The notes: generated from the letters alone by a model not told the origin. Shown: positions 1 through 12,892, numbered from the whole stretch's first letter. The stretch is 56,138 bases of DNA, filler included, from Sphacelaria rigidula (GCA_964200075.2; 6 parts of 6 records of this genome joined end to end with filler, not necessarily neighbours in it); one strand, 5' to 3'. A program made the numbers and translations.

Positions 1-1456
1 CCCAAAAAACCCGGGACAGAGCACGGCAGTTTTGCGCCGGACCAAACTAAAAATCAACCACAGAGGGTGAGGGGCCGGCGGGGGGCGACGGGGGGGGGGG
101 GGGAAGGGAACACAAACGTGAACTATGACGATATCATCTTATACTCCTCCGGAACGTTGTGGCTCTCCTTAATCTCCCAAATCGTTCTATCAGTGTTGAT
201 TGATGATACGTCTTGGCACCATGCTTCCATCAGGATGGTCTGAAAAGTCTAGCAACTTACTAGCAGTGATGCAAACAGCATTTCCCGCATGCGCAATCCT
301 GTAGTGGTGCTGGCGGGATACATACATGTGACCACGTGAGCGTTCGTTCAAAGCGCATCAACCAAGTGAAGCCTCACACCTCCTCGATATTGACAAGCTC
401 AGGGGTCGAATCTCGGCACGACCAAACGCATTAAGTCTTCGAGGGTCCTGGTAATCGACACGGGTCGTTCCTTTCGGCGTTCCAATTAATATTGGGTCGA
501 GAGATTGCAGTAGTAGCTCGCGTGATTCCCTACAGCAGCCGGCGAGTTGTGCAATGGCGTCGCACTGGCACCAACTTCGCAGAGGATCAATATCCCTCGG
601 ACAACATAACAGCAGACATTGACAGAGATTGTGGAGATTGGACTAGACTGTTTTCATGGGAACGAAACCTTTTCGATGGGATGTTCAGAATTATGGGAAG
701 TGGTACCTCACGAAGGCACCTTGGAGAGGTACCACTCGAACACCATCGAAGCATTGATCACCAAGAGCTCCCTCGAAGGCACCTTGGAGGGCTAGGCACC
801 ATTTCCTACAAATCCGAACACCATCGCAAAATTTCCGTTTTCAATACCAAAGTTCGTCTCCCGTTTTTTTTTTTTTAATTTCTTGTTCATTGTGCAGCCC
901 GCGCCCTTGTAGATTGATGAGAGCAGAAAGGGCGCCTGATGGGGGAGGAAAATACCCAGACCACAGACTTATTTAAACTTCAAAGTCTGCAAGCATTCCA
1001 ATCCCGTCCCCCTTATCATTGAAAACATCACCTTGATCTCCGGGGATAGAAAGGTAGCCTGTCCCGTGTCTCATAACGCCACTGGATATAGAGACACTAA
1101 CAAGGCTCGCGTTCGTTGCGGGGAATGACATCTGTGGCGGGCCAGACGGCAGCAGATATCAAACGATGATGAATGGCGCTGCGCTCGCGCGAATAAATGC
1201 TCGTCTTGTGCCGTTGTACAATACAATACACTTCTGCGTAGCCTTTTGTTTGGTCAATGTCGCACTCATGTATCACCAAGCTATATTTCAGCGGTCGAGT
1301 GAATCTCCGGCTAGATTGTGTTGTAGTGTTAACTACTTGCTGAATCTAGATGAAACATCGCATCGTGTTCGGTACGCTGAAAGCGTTGGCCGTAGAAGAT
1401 GTAACCGTAGGTTTAGTCCTCACATCCATCGCCGTATGATTGCCCATCCTTCGGCG

Positions 1457-1457
<1 letters not shown>

Positions 1458-1498
<41 letters not shown>

Positions 1499-1600
1499 CA
1501 CTACTACTCCTATTGTGATGACGGCTGCTACCACTCTTACTATTACTGCTGTTACTGCTGCTACTGCTACTGCTGCTGCTGCTGCTGCTACTATACTACC
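1458..1600. repeat. Compound trinucleotide microsatellite, (TAC)n grading into (TGC)n
   Basis: tactactac... run followed by ctgctgctg..., just downstream of the exon ending at 1699. Confidence 0.95.
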
Positions 1601-1698
1601 ATTACTACGACGGCTACTCCTAGTAGTACTAGTTCTCTTTTTACTTACACCACCACGACGAAGAATACCACCACAACTTGAACTACTATAAAATTCAC

Positions 1699-4600
1699 CT
1701 CGGAGGAGTTCCAGTAGTACCCTCCAGAGTCGCCGACGTCACTATCGGAAGAAAAAGAACCGTTGCTGAAGCTGTACGCAGGTGTCTCACTAGCATTCCA
1801 CGACGATGCTGCTGACTGACCGGTTTCATTTACCGTTGGCCCGATGAGAGCGAATACCGCGCCCCACTCGGTCTCCGAGGCATGTTGTGGGGGTGTAGGG
1901 CTGGTCGTGTGTTGCGAAGATGCCGATGGCGATACTGATGGCGTTGACTGTGACGATGTCCTTGCCTCGGCTCGTGCAATCTGCAGTGAAGAAAATCGAG
2001 CAGCGCAGATTGCAAATACATGCCATCGTTTCTGTTGTGATCTCGATTTAATCACCCTGCATACTTTTGCGCCAATGACAGAGGGGCTGCTGAGTCGCAC
2101 ACCAGCCAAAATTTCTCGCACCCACTGTTACCGCGCACTTCGTGCGAGGCTGTTTCCTGCCAGTCTAGGCGCGCTCATCACAAAGAGTGCACCGCACGCG
2201 CCAGAGACGCTTATTGTTTCGGTACATCCCTTCCAATCTAAGTCGGGCATCAAATTCTTCAATTCGTTCGTCGTCGGGATCATCCCTGGGGTTCGCGGAG
2301 TCCTCGGGGGGTTGGCGATCCCAGCGCTGAGCAAGTGCGATGCGTCTGGGACCCACAACATAGCGTTGTGTCTGAAGCTGATAACATGATGAGGTGTGGG
2401 TGTGCCCCACCAACGCACGCTAGTGGCAGGCATACGGGATGCGGAGTCCTGATCGCGGGTTACGTGTTGGGTTTCGGGTCTCATCTTTTTCTGTTGGTCG
2501 TCAGGCCATGCTGACTGAAAAGGCTGCACTTTCAGTGGCCTAAGAACACAAGGCTCAACGCAAAAAAAGTGATGCGAGCTAGTAGCTGAACTGGGGGGGA
2601 CAAAACAAACGCACTTTCTTCACTTTGAGTTCCTGTGCGTATGTAGAGATATGATTGTGAGCATCGTACTCAGGCAGGGGGGCTCGCTGAGCTATGTATA
2701 CATCGAATATACCTTGATGTAAAAGGTGACTCGATCGGGAGCGACAGCTTCTCCCCCAGCGTCGAAAGCGTACTCAACGCCGTCGTACAGTCGAAACGCC
2801 TGATACGGTGTGCCCGACGATGTAGTCGTAGCACCGTCGTGTCTGGACAGAAACAACGACGAGTTGGTGCCCTGCTCCGCCAGCCCCTCATCCCCCGAAA
2901 CATCGACGGATAGGCAAGTTCACATACGCTCGAGTATTGCTTGGGGGAGCGAGATAAGGGATTTGTGATGTATACCTGATGTACTGTACGGTTACTGCGG
3001 CCTCAAACGTTTCTTTGCCGAGATTTCTGACATATTCACACATATTTGAAACGCATGGACATATATATGTCTCTTCCCATCACACAACTTCATTCGACCC
3101 AGTAAGGTCGAATGGGTGAGAGAGGGAAGGCTGAGTGTATTTCGCTTCGTGACGCAGCTTATAGTTGTCGACGAGTTGTTATCATGAGAATCGTTTCACA
3201 GAGCATGTGATCTTTGCCTCCCGTATTCGCGTGCTACAACTCGTGAAGAAGAGGTGCCCGTTTCGGGGCGGTGAAGTGTCAGCCAAACCGAACCGGACCC
3301 GTACTTCCGAGCGAGACGCCGCACCACATGAGCTGGATGGGAGAGAAACGAACGAGATCCAGCCATCAGAACAATGTGAAGTTGTGCTATTCTTGCACAC
3401 TCTACAGGGCAAACGTGAACTTCACACTTCCCTTGAACTCTGTTGACTTTGGGGAATATACCTTGGCAATGTGGTGGGCACCTGTACATCCCGCCTGTCT
3501 ACCCCCCCACCCCTCCCTTCCCTGTGTGATCCATACCCCAGCCCGTAACAAACCTACCCTCGGGGCAAACGGCATATGGGCAACCCCGACACAACAAGGA
3601 ACTTCTGCTTAATGGTACTTCGAATGTGATGTACACGCGAGCGAGCTATTCATGAGCTATTTCATGAACTTCGCCGTACACCACCCACTGATACACTCTC
3701 ACCTCGACTCCGGCCGAGTCGATCCCGGCGCCCCTGTCCACATCCACCGTGTACCCGTAGGCTGCGTCGATGTGCAGAGTTCCGTCAGCCCCTGCGCGGC
3801 CTTCCCCGCAAGCGTCGTCCCTCAGGACGCCTGACTTCGCCCTAACGAAACATCTAGGGGGCGGAGCAGAGGGGGAACGGGCGTACTGGGCATCAAATGA
3901 ACAGTCTGGGATGCATCATATCGGGGAGAGTGGGCTTATGAGACGTTATTAAAATGGTGCACCATGGGAACCTGCAGCAGCTGGTATTATGTTAACAAAT
4001 ACTCGGCAAGGGTTGGGAGCGAAGTACGTATCAAGATACTGCGGTCGTGATATCTTTGGGGAGAACAGCCGGACCCCGTTATGGTTCTCATGTGGTATTT
4101 ATGCTGGTCCGTGCTGCCGATTTGATTGATTGATTCATTGATTACCTCACATTAGCCGGTTGCGACAATCCAGCCCGTGGTCAGGAGCAGCAAACAAAAA
4201 GGACAGAATAATGAAAGAAAAAAAGAAAGAAAGGAACAGAAAAAGACAGAAGCAACGGGCTCAGAAAGGAAAGAAGAAAGGGAGCAGCAGCGATTTTGGT
4301 ATGAACTCGTCGGAGTATGCTCGTTTCTGAAGGTATTTCCGACTGATACATGGTGCCTCAGGAGTCAAAGCGTGGCGGACGCACGAAACTGTGAGAGTTT
4401 GTGCACGTAGCACATTATCCCCCTCTACAATCATTGGCGGAGGAGAGTATCATTCTACAGGGATAATATGTCGCGCAAGCGTGATGTGTACCTGACGGAG
4501 ACCCAGCGAACGCCGAAGTGTTCTACTTCTTCCTTCGAACCTGGCAATGGTATACTCGCGATGAAAGCAATGATGCCACAGTATCCTCACCATCCAGGTA

Positions 4601-7600
4601 CATGGTACTTGTGTGCTACGTGGCGGTTCCGTGACTGTAGCATCAACCAGGTTCTCCTTTCACTATACTTCCAACCCCTCTCTCCCTGTACGGCACGAGC
4701 CCGTAGTCTCCACCCAACGATCTCTGCCCCAGTACAAGCCTAACATGTTGGTATCGTGCATTGAGCCAGCCATTTAGGTATCTGGTATACCGTATCCCCT
4801 GCTCAAGGTATGTGTAGCTCGTTCTCCGCGGTTGTAGGTTTCATGACCTCGAACTAGGGTGAACTCATAATTTAAAGATATAGCTTAGCGCGACGGAGGG
4901 CAAACACGGAAGACGAGCACACATCCCCGCACGCACCTGCCGCCTCCAACGTTCACGCCGTTCGCACTGTCCCCACCGGTGCTATCATTTGTGAGCATAT
5001 CAACACTCTGCCCGAAAATTGCTACCCGCCCTCCCGATCCCCCACCTCCCCCGTTTGGCGAGAGAGATTTGAGCGTTGGCCCTCCGTCACCGCCGCGAGC
5101 GCTGATATTTCCTGAGTTTCTTACTATGCCTCCGGCGGCTATTAGAACAGATCCACCGCTGCCGCCTCCGCCCCCGCTGTCCCAGTCCGCGAGACCCGGC
5201 CCGGCGTCTACGTTTACGGAACCCATTTCACCTGTGAGCACGAGAGTGAGTTGCTGTATGTTTCTGTTGGTAATCCTTGGGTGTGGTTGATGATTCGAGC
5301 GTGTCAGCTCATCTTGAAGTGGTCTCTCGCTGTGTCTCTGCGCCGTATGCATTTATACCCCCCCCCCCCCTGTATGTCTCATTGTCACTTTTTCTCTCCT
5401 TCAATTGTGTTCATCGTAAAATTTCCACACGTTGGACGAGTCATTACTCGTCGAAATGAGTGCACTCGTGGATGTTTTTTGAAAACACAACGAGCATGAC
5501 TCGAGTGCTCGCCCTATCAGTTTTTTTCCACAACCAGCGATGACTCGAGTGCTCGCCCTATTAATTTTTTCCACGACGAGCAATGACTCGAGTGCTCGCC
5601 GTATTAATGTTTCCACAACAAGCAATGGCTCGAATGCTCACCCTATTATTTTTTTCCCACAACAAGCAAGGACTCGAGTACTCGCCCTATCATTTGTTCC
5701 CAACAACGAGCAATGACTTGAGTGCTCCCCCTACCGATTTTTTCCACCACGAGCTACCAAGTCGTTTGCTGGAGTCATTTACGCTTTCACGTAGTATGAC
5801 CCGTTTGCTCGAGCCATCTATTTTTTCATCGCGAGCAATGACTCGCTTGCTTACGTCTTTTCTGGACAACCCAGGGACCAATTATCAATCACTCAAGTGA
5901 TGGACGAGTGAGGCGCGAGACATGGTGGAAGCCTGGTGAAACAACGGTAGAATATGGTAATATTGTGACCATTACAAATCGTGATAACCCCTTTGGGACC
6001 GGACTCCCCAGAATGGTATGTTTGTGGCACCTTTTCCCACCATTGTCAGTTGCTGGTTCGCCAGCATCTTCATTGCTATTAAGTCTGAATGTAAATGTAC
6101 TACTTGAGAGATATTCTCCACCGCTTTAGAAGAACTCTGATCTGTGTGTGGGGGGGGGGGGGCTTGGATAAAATGAAAACGAGCTTTGGAGCTTGACGCT
6201 TGTACATGTGCAGATATGCGTATCAATTTGAAGATTCCTGGTGCACGATCGTCCAACAGCTCATTTTAATTATTTGCTCATCGGAATGCTGACTCCTCCA
6301 CCCAAGTCGTTTATCACGAGCAATGACTCGAGTGCTCGCCCTATTATTTTTTCCACAATCACCAATGACTCGAGTGCTCGCCCTATTATATTTTTCCACA
6401 ATGACCAATAACTCGAGTACTCGCCCTATCAGTTTTTACGGCCAACGAGCAGCCCAACGAGTGCGAGTGCCACGAGTCACACTCGTGCTCGTCCGACGTG
6501 TGAAAATTTCATCCTACCGACTGCTTCGTGAATCAACGAAAACTATGATCAAAACTCAGGTAAAGTTGAAGATACGCTGGCTCTCCTGCTCTTACATAGC
6601 ATCGAAACATCTTCTTTATGCCGGGCATGCGATGCCTATATTGATTGCAATAGCGTGAGGAGAATGGCTGCTTACGACCTAGGGGTGTAAAGAAAGAGTT
6701 TTCCTCTGAATACTTGGTCTTTGTCTAGGAATCTTGCGCAACAAACAAACAACGCGACCGTCACTAGTTCAGAGAATATTTTTGCGCGGTACATACGCGT
6801 TTCGCTCCACGTTTCAGCCCGAACTCCAGGTATCGAATGAATGATCGATCTTGGACAATGCATGCAAGCGGCAGCAGAAGCAGCATAGGTACCCCACTGA
6901 TCATTTCGTTGCGGTTGTCGTAGCATTCTCATACCGCCCACACAGTCCAAATACCTCGAATAACACCCCCCTTCCGCGGGACTGTCTCTCCCCCCCTACC
7001 CGTTTGCCTGGACTGTCTCTAGGGAATCCTTGATGTACTTTCACTCTTCCCACCTATTGTAACGTCGTTCAGAGCCACGAGCTCGATAGCGCCCCCGCCG
7101 GCCCCTCCCAACCCCCTCATGAGTCGAGCTTGAGAGGTTTCTGCGCTTGCTAAGGCATTAACGGTGGCCGGGGATAGACCCGAACGTGCCCCTCCACTAC
7201 CGCCGAGGAGATCTGGAATGGTTGGGCCTGAGTATGCATCTCGAGAATATCCCGGCCCCGGAGATGAAACGGCCCCAATCCCTCCTTTTCCACCTTCGGG
7301 TAGGTGACGAAAATGGCAGATGCACTTTTGTCGAGAGGGATGATAGTTCCCGATCGTTTGGCTTCTAGAATTGAGCGCATGCTGCAAAGTGCTCACATTT
7401 CTAAATGCTGGAGTATAGTTCGTTTTGTAATCGTGGATATACCTTACTGCAAGTTTCTAGACTACCTGCTTCCTATAGGCAAGTAAGCTGTGCACACACG
7501 CGACAAAAGCGATCCAGACTGTCGACGCGTTTACATTGGCGAAGACCGTTTCACTCTGAACGGGACAGGTCACATCAGGCTTCTTGCTTGGAATGGATAT

Positions 7601-8643
7601 TACACCCGGTTACAAGTTCTTGAACAGACGGTTACAAATATAGCGCCACCGATGCAAAACACGGCAGCCTGTGTCAGACCCGTTACAAGCGCCTCACCGT
7701 GCGAAGCACCCGCCCCACCGAGAGCGACCGAGAACGGCCGGGAAGCGTTAAACCTCGCAGACAGCTGATCTGAGGACCCCAACCAACCCTGTCGCACCTC
7801 TACGGCCGCCCCCTCCCCTCGCAAATTGTCTCCGTCCGCCTGTGGCCAATCGAAGATCCCCTCCTCCTCGACCACCGCCACGCCCGCCCCCTCGGTTGCA
7901 GAATCGACCCCCACGGTAGGCGAGGAGGGCTCCGTGTTTCCAATCCGCGTCGCTAGCTCGATCGTCCACTCTAATCCCCCCCCGGGAGTGCGCCCAGCAA
8001 ACGTATTCCCGTCACGCTCGCGGCATAGTCCGTCGGCGCAGCTCGTGGTAGGGTTTGTACGCGCGGTACGAACGGAAGCAACCCCCGATACTGCCATGAG
8101 CGCCGCCGAAACCTCGTCGGCGGAGGCATCAAACGCGATGTCAACAGTGTTTTCCCCACCAAAAAGCTTGAGGGAGAAATTTCCCGACATTGAATTACCG
8201 GCCTGTAACGTCTCCACGGATACCGACGCGCCGATTCCCGACAGTGACGACCTAGAAGCCGTCGATAGTGGTTCAACGGCCCCAACAGCGGAGGAAAAGG
8301 TCACGTTCCAGCAACGACCACCTTGGTCATCCACGAAACCATCGGTCGTGACATTTACCCGTCCTACCCCGGAAACCCAATCCCCGCTTGCACGCCCCGT
8401 CGATACTTCGTTAGAAAGTCCCGATTCTGTGTCTGAGGTTGTGTCCGTTTGTTGTTGTTCGAGACTTCGGGAGTACGGCAGGGGTCCCGGGTCAGTGAGG
8501 GGTTCGGCGTTGAGCCCAGCTTCCATGAAGGCTTGTAGTGCATGTGAGGGTGCGTCGTAGGGTATGCACTCTGTGCTCAAGTTGGAGTAGGTGATGTGAA
8601 AGCAGCCCTCCAGGCTTTTTCCTTCGTCAGCAGTTGTGCACAC
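1699..8643 (-). CDS. Partial multi-exon gene for a large Gly-rich, probably extracellular protein (stramenopile 'conserved unknown' type). Exons: 8643-7698, 7293-7054, 5231-4937, 3853-3703, 2871-2713, 1980-1699
   Basis: All six exons have AG/GT boundaries and compatible phases (e.g. ttccag|GTG...CACG|gtgagg, gaag|GT...ATAG|gtggga, cacag|GT...GGCAG|gtgcgt, ctag|A...GAG|gtgaga, gcag|GGC...AAG|gtatat, tgcag|ATT...GAG|gtgaat). The spliced protein carries GGSGG/GGGAIEL/GGGSGGSV/GGGGSGGRVAI/GADGTLHI motifs and GxFxL...IxFDAS..V..AL beta-repeats. Start and stop not identified. Confidence 0.75.
4120..4292 (+). repeat. Dispersed repeat (probable retroposon end); second copy at about 30430-30590
   Basis: (TGAT)n followed by GC(G/A)ACAATCCAGCCCGTGGTCAGGAG and a purine-rich AAAG tract ending ACAGAAAAAGACAGAAGCAAC, shared with 30469-30590. 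Confidence 0.7.
5419..6509. mobile_element. Non-autonomous TIR element with internal ~43-bp tandem arrays (intronic)
   Basis: AAATTTCCACACGTTGGACGAG (5419-5440) matches the reverse complement of 6488-6509 at 20/22. Units ATGACTCGAGTGCTCGCCCTAT...TTTTCCACA lie at about 5496-5850 and 6324-6450. Confidence 0.65.
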
Positions 8644-9126
8644 CTGGAATCAAAATGTAAGGCACCGTGCACAGCGTGGAGTTGGGATGGGTGGCACAAC
8701 GGATGGGAATTGATGGATTGATCGGTTCGTTGATTGGTTGGTTAATTGTTTGATTGTCGCGCATGATCTGATCCGCTATGTGAACCCAGCCGATCTACAG
8801 CGACATCTGCTAGGCAGGGTAGGCAGGGCGTTGAGAGGAGGGACAAGCACGGGGGTCTTTGTGTAGACACCGGTATGTATATTTTCGGGCAAGCATTGAC
8901 TGGCGAGCAAATCACAGTGTGCTGATATACGGTGGAGTGGTGCGAGATGATACGTGTACCTGGGATAAAATTCACTGTGTGCAAGCATTAAAATCGCATT
9001 TCGTCAAGACTGTTCTATTATCCGTGAATCAAAACAATTCAGTGTGCTTTCATTCCTCCAGCCACGCACAGACAAGAAAACGTGAAATTAACGCAGCCTT
9101 GACGAGTTCGCTGCAAGACAAGAATG

Positions 9127-9273
9127 GAGTCATCCTACGATAGGGGGGGGGGGGTATTTGGTTGCACGAAAAAAGAGGCTCGAAAGTGTGTCAGACATCC
9201 TTCCACGCTTGCGTTGCGCTTGTATTTGGTTCCAAACGGTGTCAGGCAGTATGAATGAGCATTATTGATCCAC
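9127..9273 (+). mobile_element. Left end of a GAG...CTC-terminated MITE family, truncated by the contig end
   Basis: GAGTCATCCTACGATAGGGGGGGGGGGTATTT; a near reverse complement occurs at 37585-37616. Confidence 0.65.
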
Positions 9274-9373
9274 NNNNNNNNNNNNNNNNNNNNNNNNNNN
9301 NNNNNNNNNNNNNNNNNTTAATTAATTAANNNNNNNNNNNNNNNNNNNNNNNNNNNNNNNNNNNNNNNNNNNN
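9274..9373. other. Artificial 100-bp contig linker
   Basis: N-run + TTAATTAATTAA (stops in all six frames) + N-run. Confidence 0.98.
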
Positions 9374-9379
9374 AAGTGT

Positions 9380-10702
9380 GAATCGCCTCGCCCTGTTCTG
9401 TCGGCACCAGAAAAATAAATACTTGTCCGCCCTAATCGCTAACCCAACGTGGGGCAGGCGACGGTGTACGTTTTCACTCGCTGCTTCAAAGCTCGTAGTT
9501 GTCTCTTCCTCCGACGGTCAGCTTTCAAGGCGACCACATAGGTCCGTCTCTTCCGATACGGTGTGCCCACCTGCACGGCTGATACTGAGGCCTGCTCAGG
9601 GAGACCCCCAGCTCCGCTCAACACGGAGCAACGAGCTCGTTCTCACCAGGAGAGCGCACTATCACAGCAGTACTCTCCAAGATCAGCGTTGTCACAGAGG
9701 TTGGTGAGAGGAATGACTTGACCAACTTTTTGACGGCACTGACTGATGCTGACTCCGGCTCGGCCCATTCGAATGGTGCAACCCTACTTGTATCCCCTAC
9801 CAACACTTGTGGTTGCACCTCTTCCACAAGGTTGTGGAAAGAACCGCGCCCCGGACTCGTATGTACCAGCCTGACTCCCTCTCCAATCTGATATACTCCA
9901 GCACAATCCAACGCCTTCCAGTCCGCATCAGCGTATCACTTCTACGAACTCTTTGGCTGCAAAAATACTTCCTCCACCTTCAACTGGAAAAACCCATTTG
10001 CTAAATCAACACTCCTAGAGTACTTGGATTCTGCTAGCCCACTATACATGGTCTACATATCCCTCCAGCTGCCGCTGTACGACTCAAGAAGTTGGTTCAG
10101 TCCACGATAATCTTGAGATAGTCGTAAAACTACCGTCCGTCTTTCTTTCGAACCCTGACGCAGGCGGCTGCCCATGCTAGCGTCGATCGCACGTAGCCCG
10201 GGACTAGCTTGCTAGCCAAGCCTTCTGAGCTTACGTCCTTCGTTAGATGCAGCAGCCACTGCGTAGTATCGTCCTCCACGTCACTCCAAGGCTTTTCCAC
10301 ACCTCATTCGATGCTGCCAGTTCGCTCCGACCAGACAACCTTACCGTCGAGTCGCCACCAAGCGCGCTTGGCTTGACAGCACGGAAGAGGTTCAAAGTTG
10401 CTGAATCTCCTTGGCTGGTGAGGTAGTCGGTGTCAACAGCTCCGAGGTTTGGGGGACTATCAGACACAAACCATACTCACGGCACCTCCGGCGAAAGCTG
10501 AAATCTCGATCGCCCTTCGAAAGATGACGTGCTCTTGTCTCTCCTGGAGAAACTCGCTGCCGAAATAAATCCATATGGTAATCCATAGACCACCCGGATC
10601 CATACCTTTATGAAGTTATCCTTTGTGCGGAAAATAATAGTAATTACCGCTGACCCTAGAATTTTCATCTGAGGTATCTTACTGCTACTAGGGTTATCAC
10701 AC
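9380..10702 (-). mobile_element. Degenerate LTR-retrotransposon gag-like relic (Ty3/gypsy-like, tentative)
   Basis: Broken minus-strand frames (9618-9911 'AVKKLVKSFLSPTSVTTL...SPGENELVA', 10243-10586) loosely resemble algal gypsy Gag. A possible LTR start TGTGATA lies near 10701 on the - strand. No pol motifs seen. Confidence 0.35.
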
Positions 10703-11921
10703 CTCAAAATTCGTCATATTGCCCCACGTTAAACAACCTCCACCCCTGTTTCGATGCATAGCTCCCCCCCCCCCGCCCCGGTGCCCAGTAACACCGTTAC
10801 TGGTGAGCGTTGGCTACTTTTGCTGTGGTGCCAACTTCAGCTTGTACCCACAGCTGCTGTGCATCGTTCCTACTCGCTTTGGCAAATATGGCGTTCGAAG
10901 GAGGGGTAGCCCCGGACGGGTGAAATATTTGTATGCGTACCCATCGGGTTAGGTGGAACCTTGTCCCTAGATCGATGTTATAGAGGCGGCGGCAGTGGCG
11001 GCAGCAGCTGAGCATGGAATATGTACACTGCTGGTCGCGCCTGGCTTGGGGTAAACAATGTCAATGGAGACCCAGTTACTGGAGGTATCCGCTGAAGAAA
11101 AATGGAGGGAAGATCAGTCGTGCAAACCGTTGGTCAGGAGCACTAAACAAATTCATTTGCGGCGCTTCAGCGGTATTTTCTTGCAAAGGCGCAAAAACGC
11201 TGCTGTTATCGTCGGAGTGCAGAAAAACTGCTGCAGTGGCGGAAGCGCAAAAGATTGAAGCTGCTGAGGAGGTGCAGCAACCTTCTGCCGCGTGGAAGGG
11301 TGCGTCAACCTGCTGCTGCATGGGAAGGTGCATGCACGGGAGGCTGTTGGGCGGATCCCACCGGGTAGAAGGACTGGGCTCGAGGGTTCAAGGGGTTTCC
11401 ACTCATTCTTCACCGATTTAGGGTTGGCTATGTGATAATCGACACGTTAAACCTGCACGCACGTGCCCCATAGATGTAAAAACACCTATTGAAATAATTA
11501 TGGATGATTCATTGCAGTATATGACAATCTTCATGATTCAAGAGTCACGAGGGTGGTGTCTGGATGAAACATCCTCATTCATCAACGGCGTAAGCACACG
11601 ATGGAATAGAACAGACAGCATCACTTTTTCATCGTGGTGCGAAAGTGAACACCAGGAAGGAAAGGTGAACAAGGGGAACAGGAATTTGTTCGAGCAAAAT
11701 AGATTCAAATGAAGAAACGATGGAACCAGTAACATGAATAGCAGCGCTTCACCAGTATAACGATAACGAACAAAACAAATAAAGGGGAAGGGGAAGGAGA
11801 ACGAAAGGAACAGCAATTTAACCGGACAAAACAGGTTCACGCGTGTGCATTTGGCGATGGTATCACGTGTCGGGGACAGCTAGGTATAAATTGATGGACT
11901 CCCAAGGGAATTCTGGCTCCA

Positions 11922-12435
11922 TGTCAACCTGTTCGGACAGCATGGGAAAATCTTGGCCACCTGTCAACCTGTTCGGACAGCATGGGAATTCCGGAATGCC
12001 TGTCAACCTGTTCGGGCACACATGGGAAAATCCTGGCCACCTGTCAACCTGTTCGGACAGCATGGGAATTCCGGGATGCCTGTCAACCTGTTCGGGCACA
12101 CATGGGAAAATCCTGGCCACCTGTCAACCTGTTCGGACAGCATGGAAATTCCTGGATGCCTGTCAACCTGTTCGGGCAAACACGGGAAAATCCTGGCCAC
12201 CTGTCAACCTGTTCGGAAACACATGGGGAACTCCTGGCACCCTGTCAACCTGTTCGAAAACACATGGGAAACTCCTGGCACCCTGTCAGCCTGTTCGAAA
12301 ACACATGGGAAACTCCTGGATCTCCTCTCAACCTGTTCGAAAACACATGGGAGACTCCTGGATCTCCTGTCAACCTGTTCGAAAACACATGGGAGACTCC
12401 TGGATCTCCTGTCAACCCGTTCGAAAACACATGGT
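11922..12435. repeat. Minisatellite, 13 units of 39-42 bp, core TGTCAACCTGTTCG
   Basis: Core starts at 11922, 11962, 12001, 12042, 12081, 12122, 12161, 12202, 12243, 12284, 12326, 12368, 12410. Confidence 0.95.
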
Positions 12436-12756
12436 CTTCACATCTTCAGCTTTCGTCCTCGCCCATTTGCCTGTATGCAATCAAATCCTGCTTGTTTGCT
12501 GTATGGTGCAAGCATATATATATATATATATTTGGTTCATACAACTTTTCATTCATCCATTCGATGTCCGACTTGTTTGTTGGTAACTTGCATAGTCTCC
12601 ACGATAAACGCACGAGTCGTTCATTACAAGCCAACAACTTTTATCAGATTATTTCCGGTGTAAAGCTTGGCAAAGGAATGTGTGGAGCACATTGACTCTC
12701 AAGCCCAGAAGAAAGCAGACAGGGCTGGCTCCGGGACGGTCATAGCGCGCAGACAG

Positions 12757-12892
12757 GTAGACGGTCATCATCGAATTGATTGTCGGAGCACGCGCATGTA
12801 GACGGTTATCTTTGAATGGATTGTCAGAGCGTGCACAAGTAGACGGTCATCTTCGAATTGATTGTCAGAGTGTGCACGAGTATAGACGGTCA
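12757..12892. repeat. 41-bp tandem repeat, about 3.3 copies
   Basis: GTAGACGGT(C/T)ATC...GAAT(T/G)GATTGTC at 12757, 12798, 12839, plus a partial copy near 12883. Confidence 0.85.

Noticed and set aside
1166..1691. Poly-Tyr/Cys, poly-Thr and poly-Val ORFs
   Set aside because: Translations of the (TAC)n/(TGC)n microsatellite
7826..8560. 244-aa plus-strand ORF (similarly 22702-23565 and 40860-41303)
   Set aside because: Antisense shadows of GC-rich coding sequence on the other strand
9318..9329. TTAATTAATTAA as a biological motif or piggyBac target
   Set aside because: Synthetic six-frame stop spacer inside the N linker
11000..11450. Possible downstream exon of HSF or upstream exon of the Gly-rich gene
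   Set aside because: On a different contig from both genes; no consistent frame or recognisable motif
11922..12435. CRISPR-like array
   Set aside because: Sequences between cores are related to each other rather than unique spacers; no cas genes; eukaryotic context
11843..12695. Three overlapping ~240-aa ORFs
   Set aside because: By-products of the stop-free minisatellite
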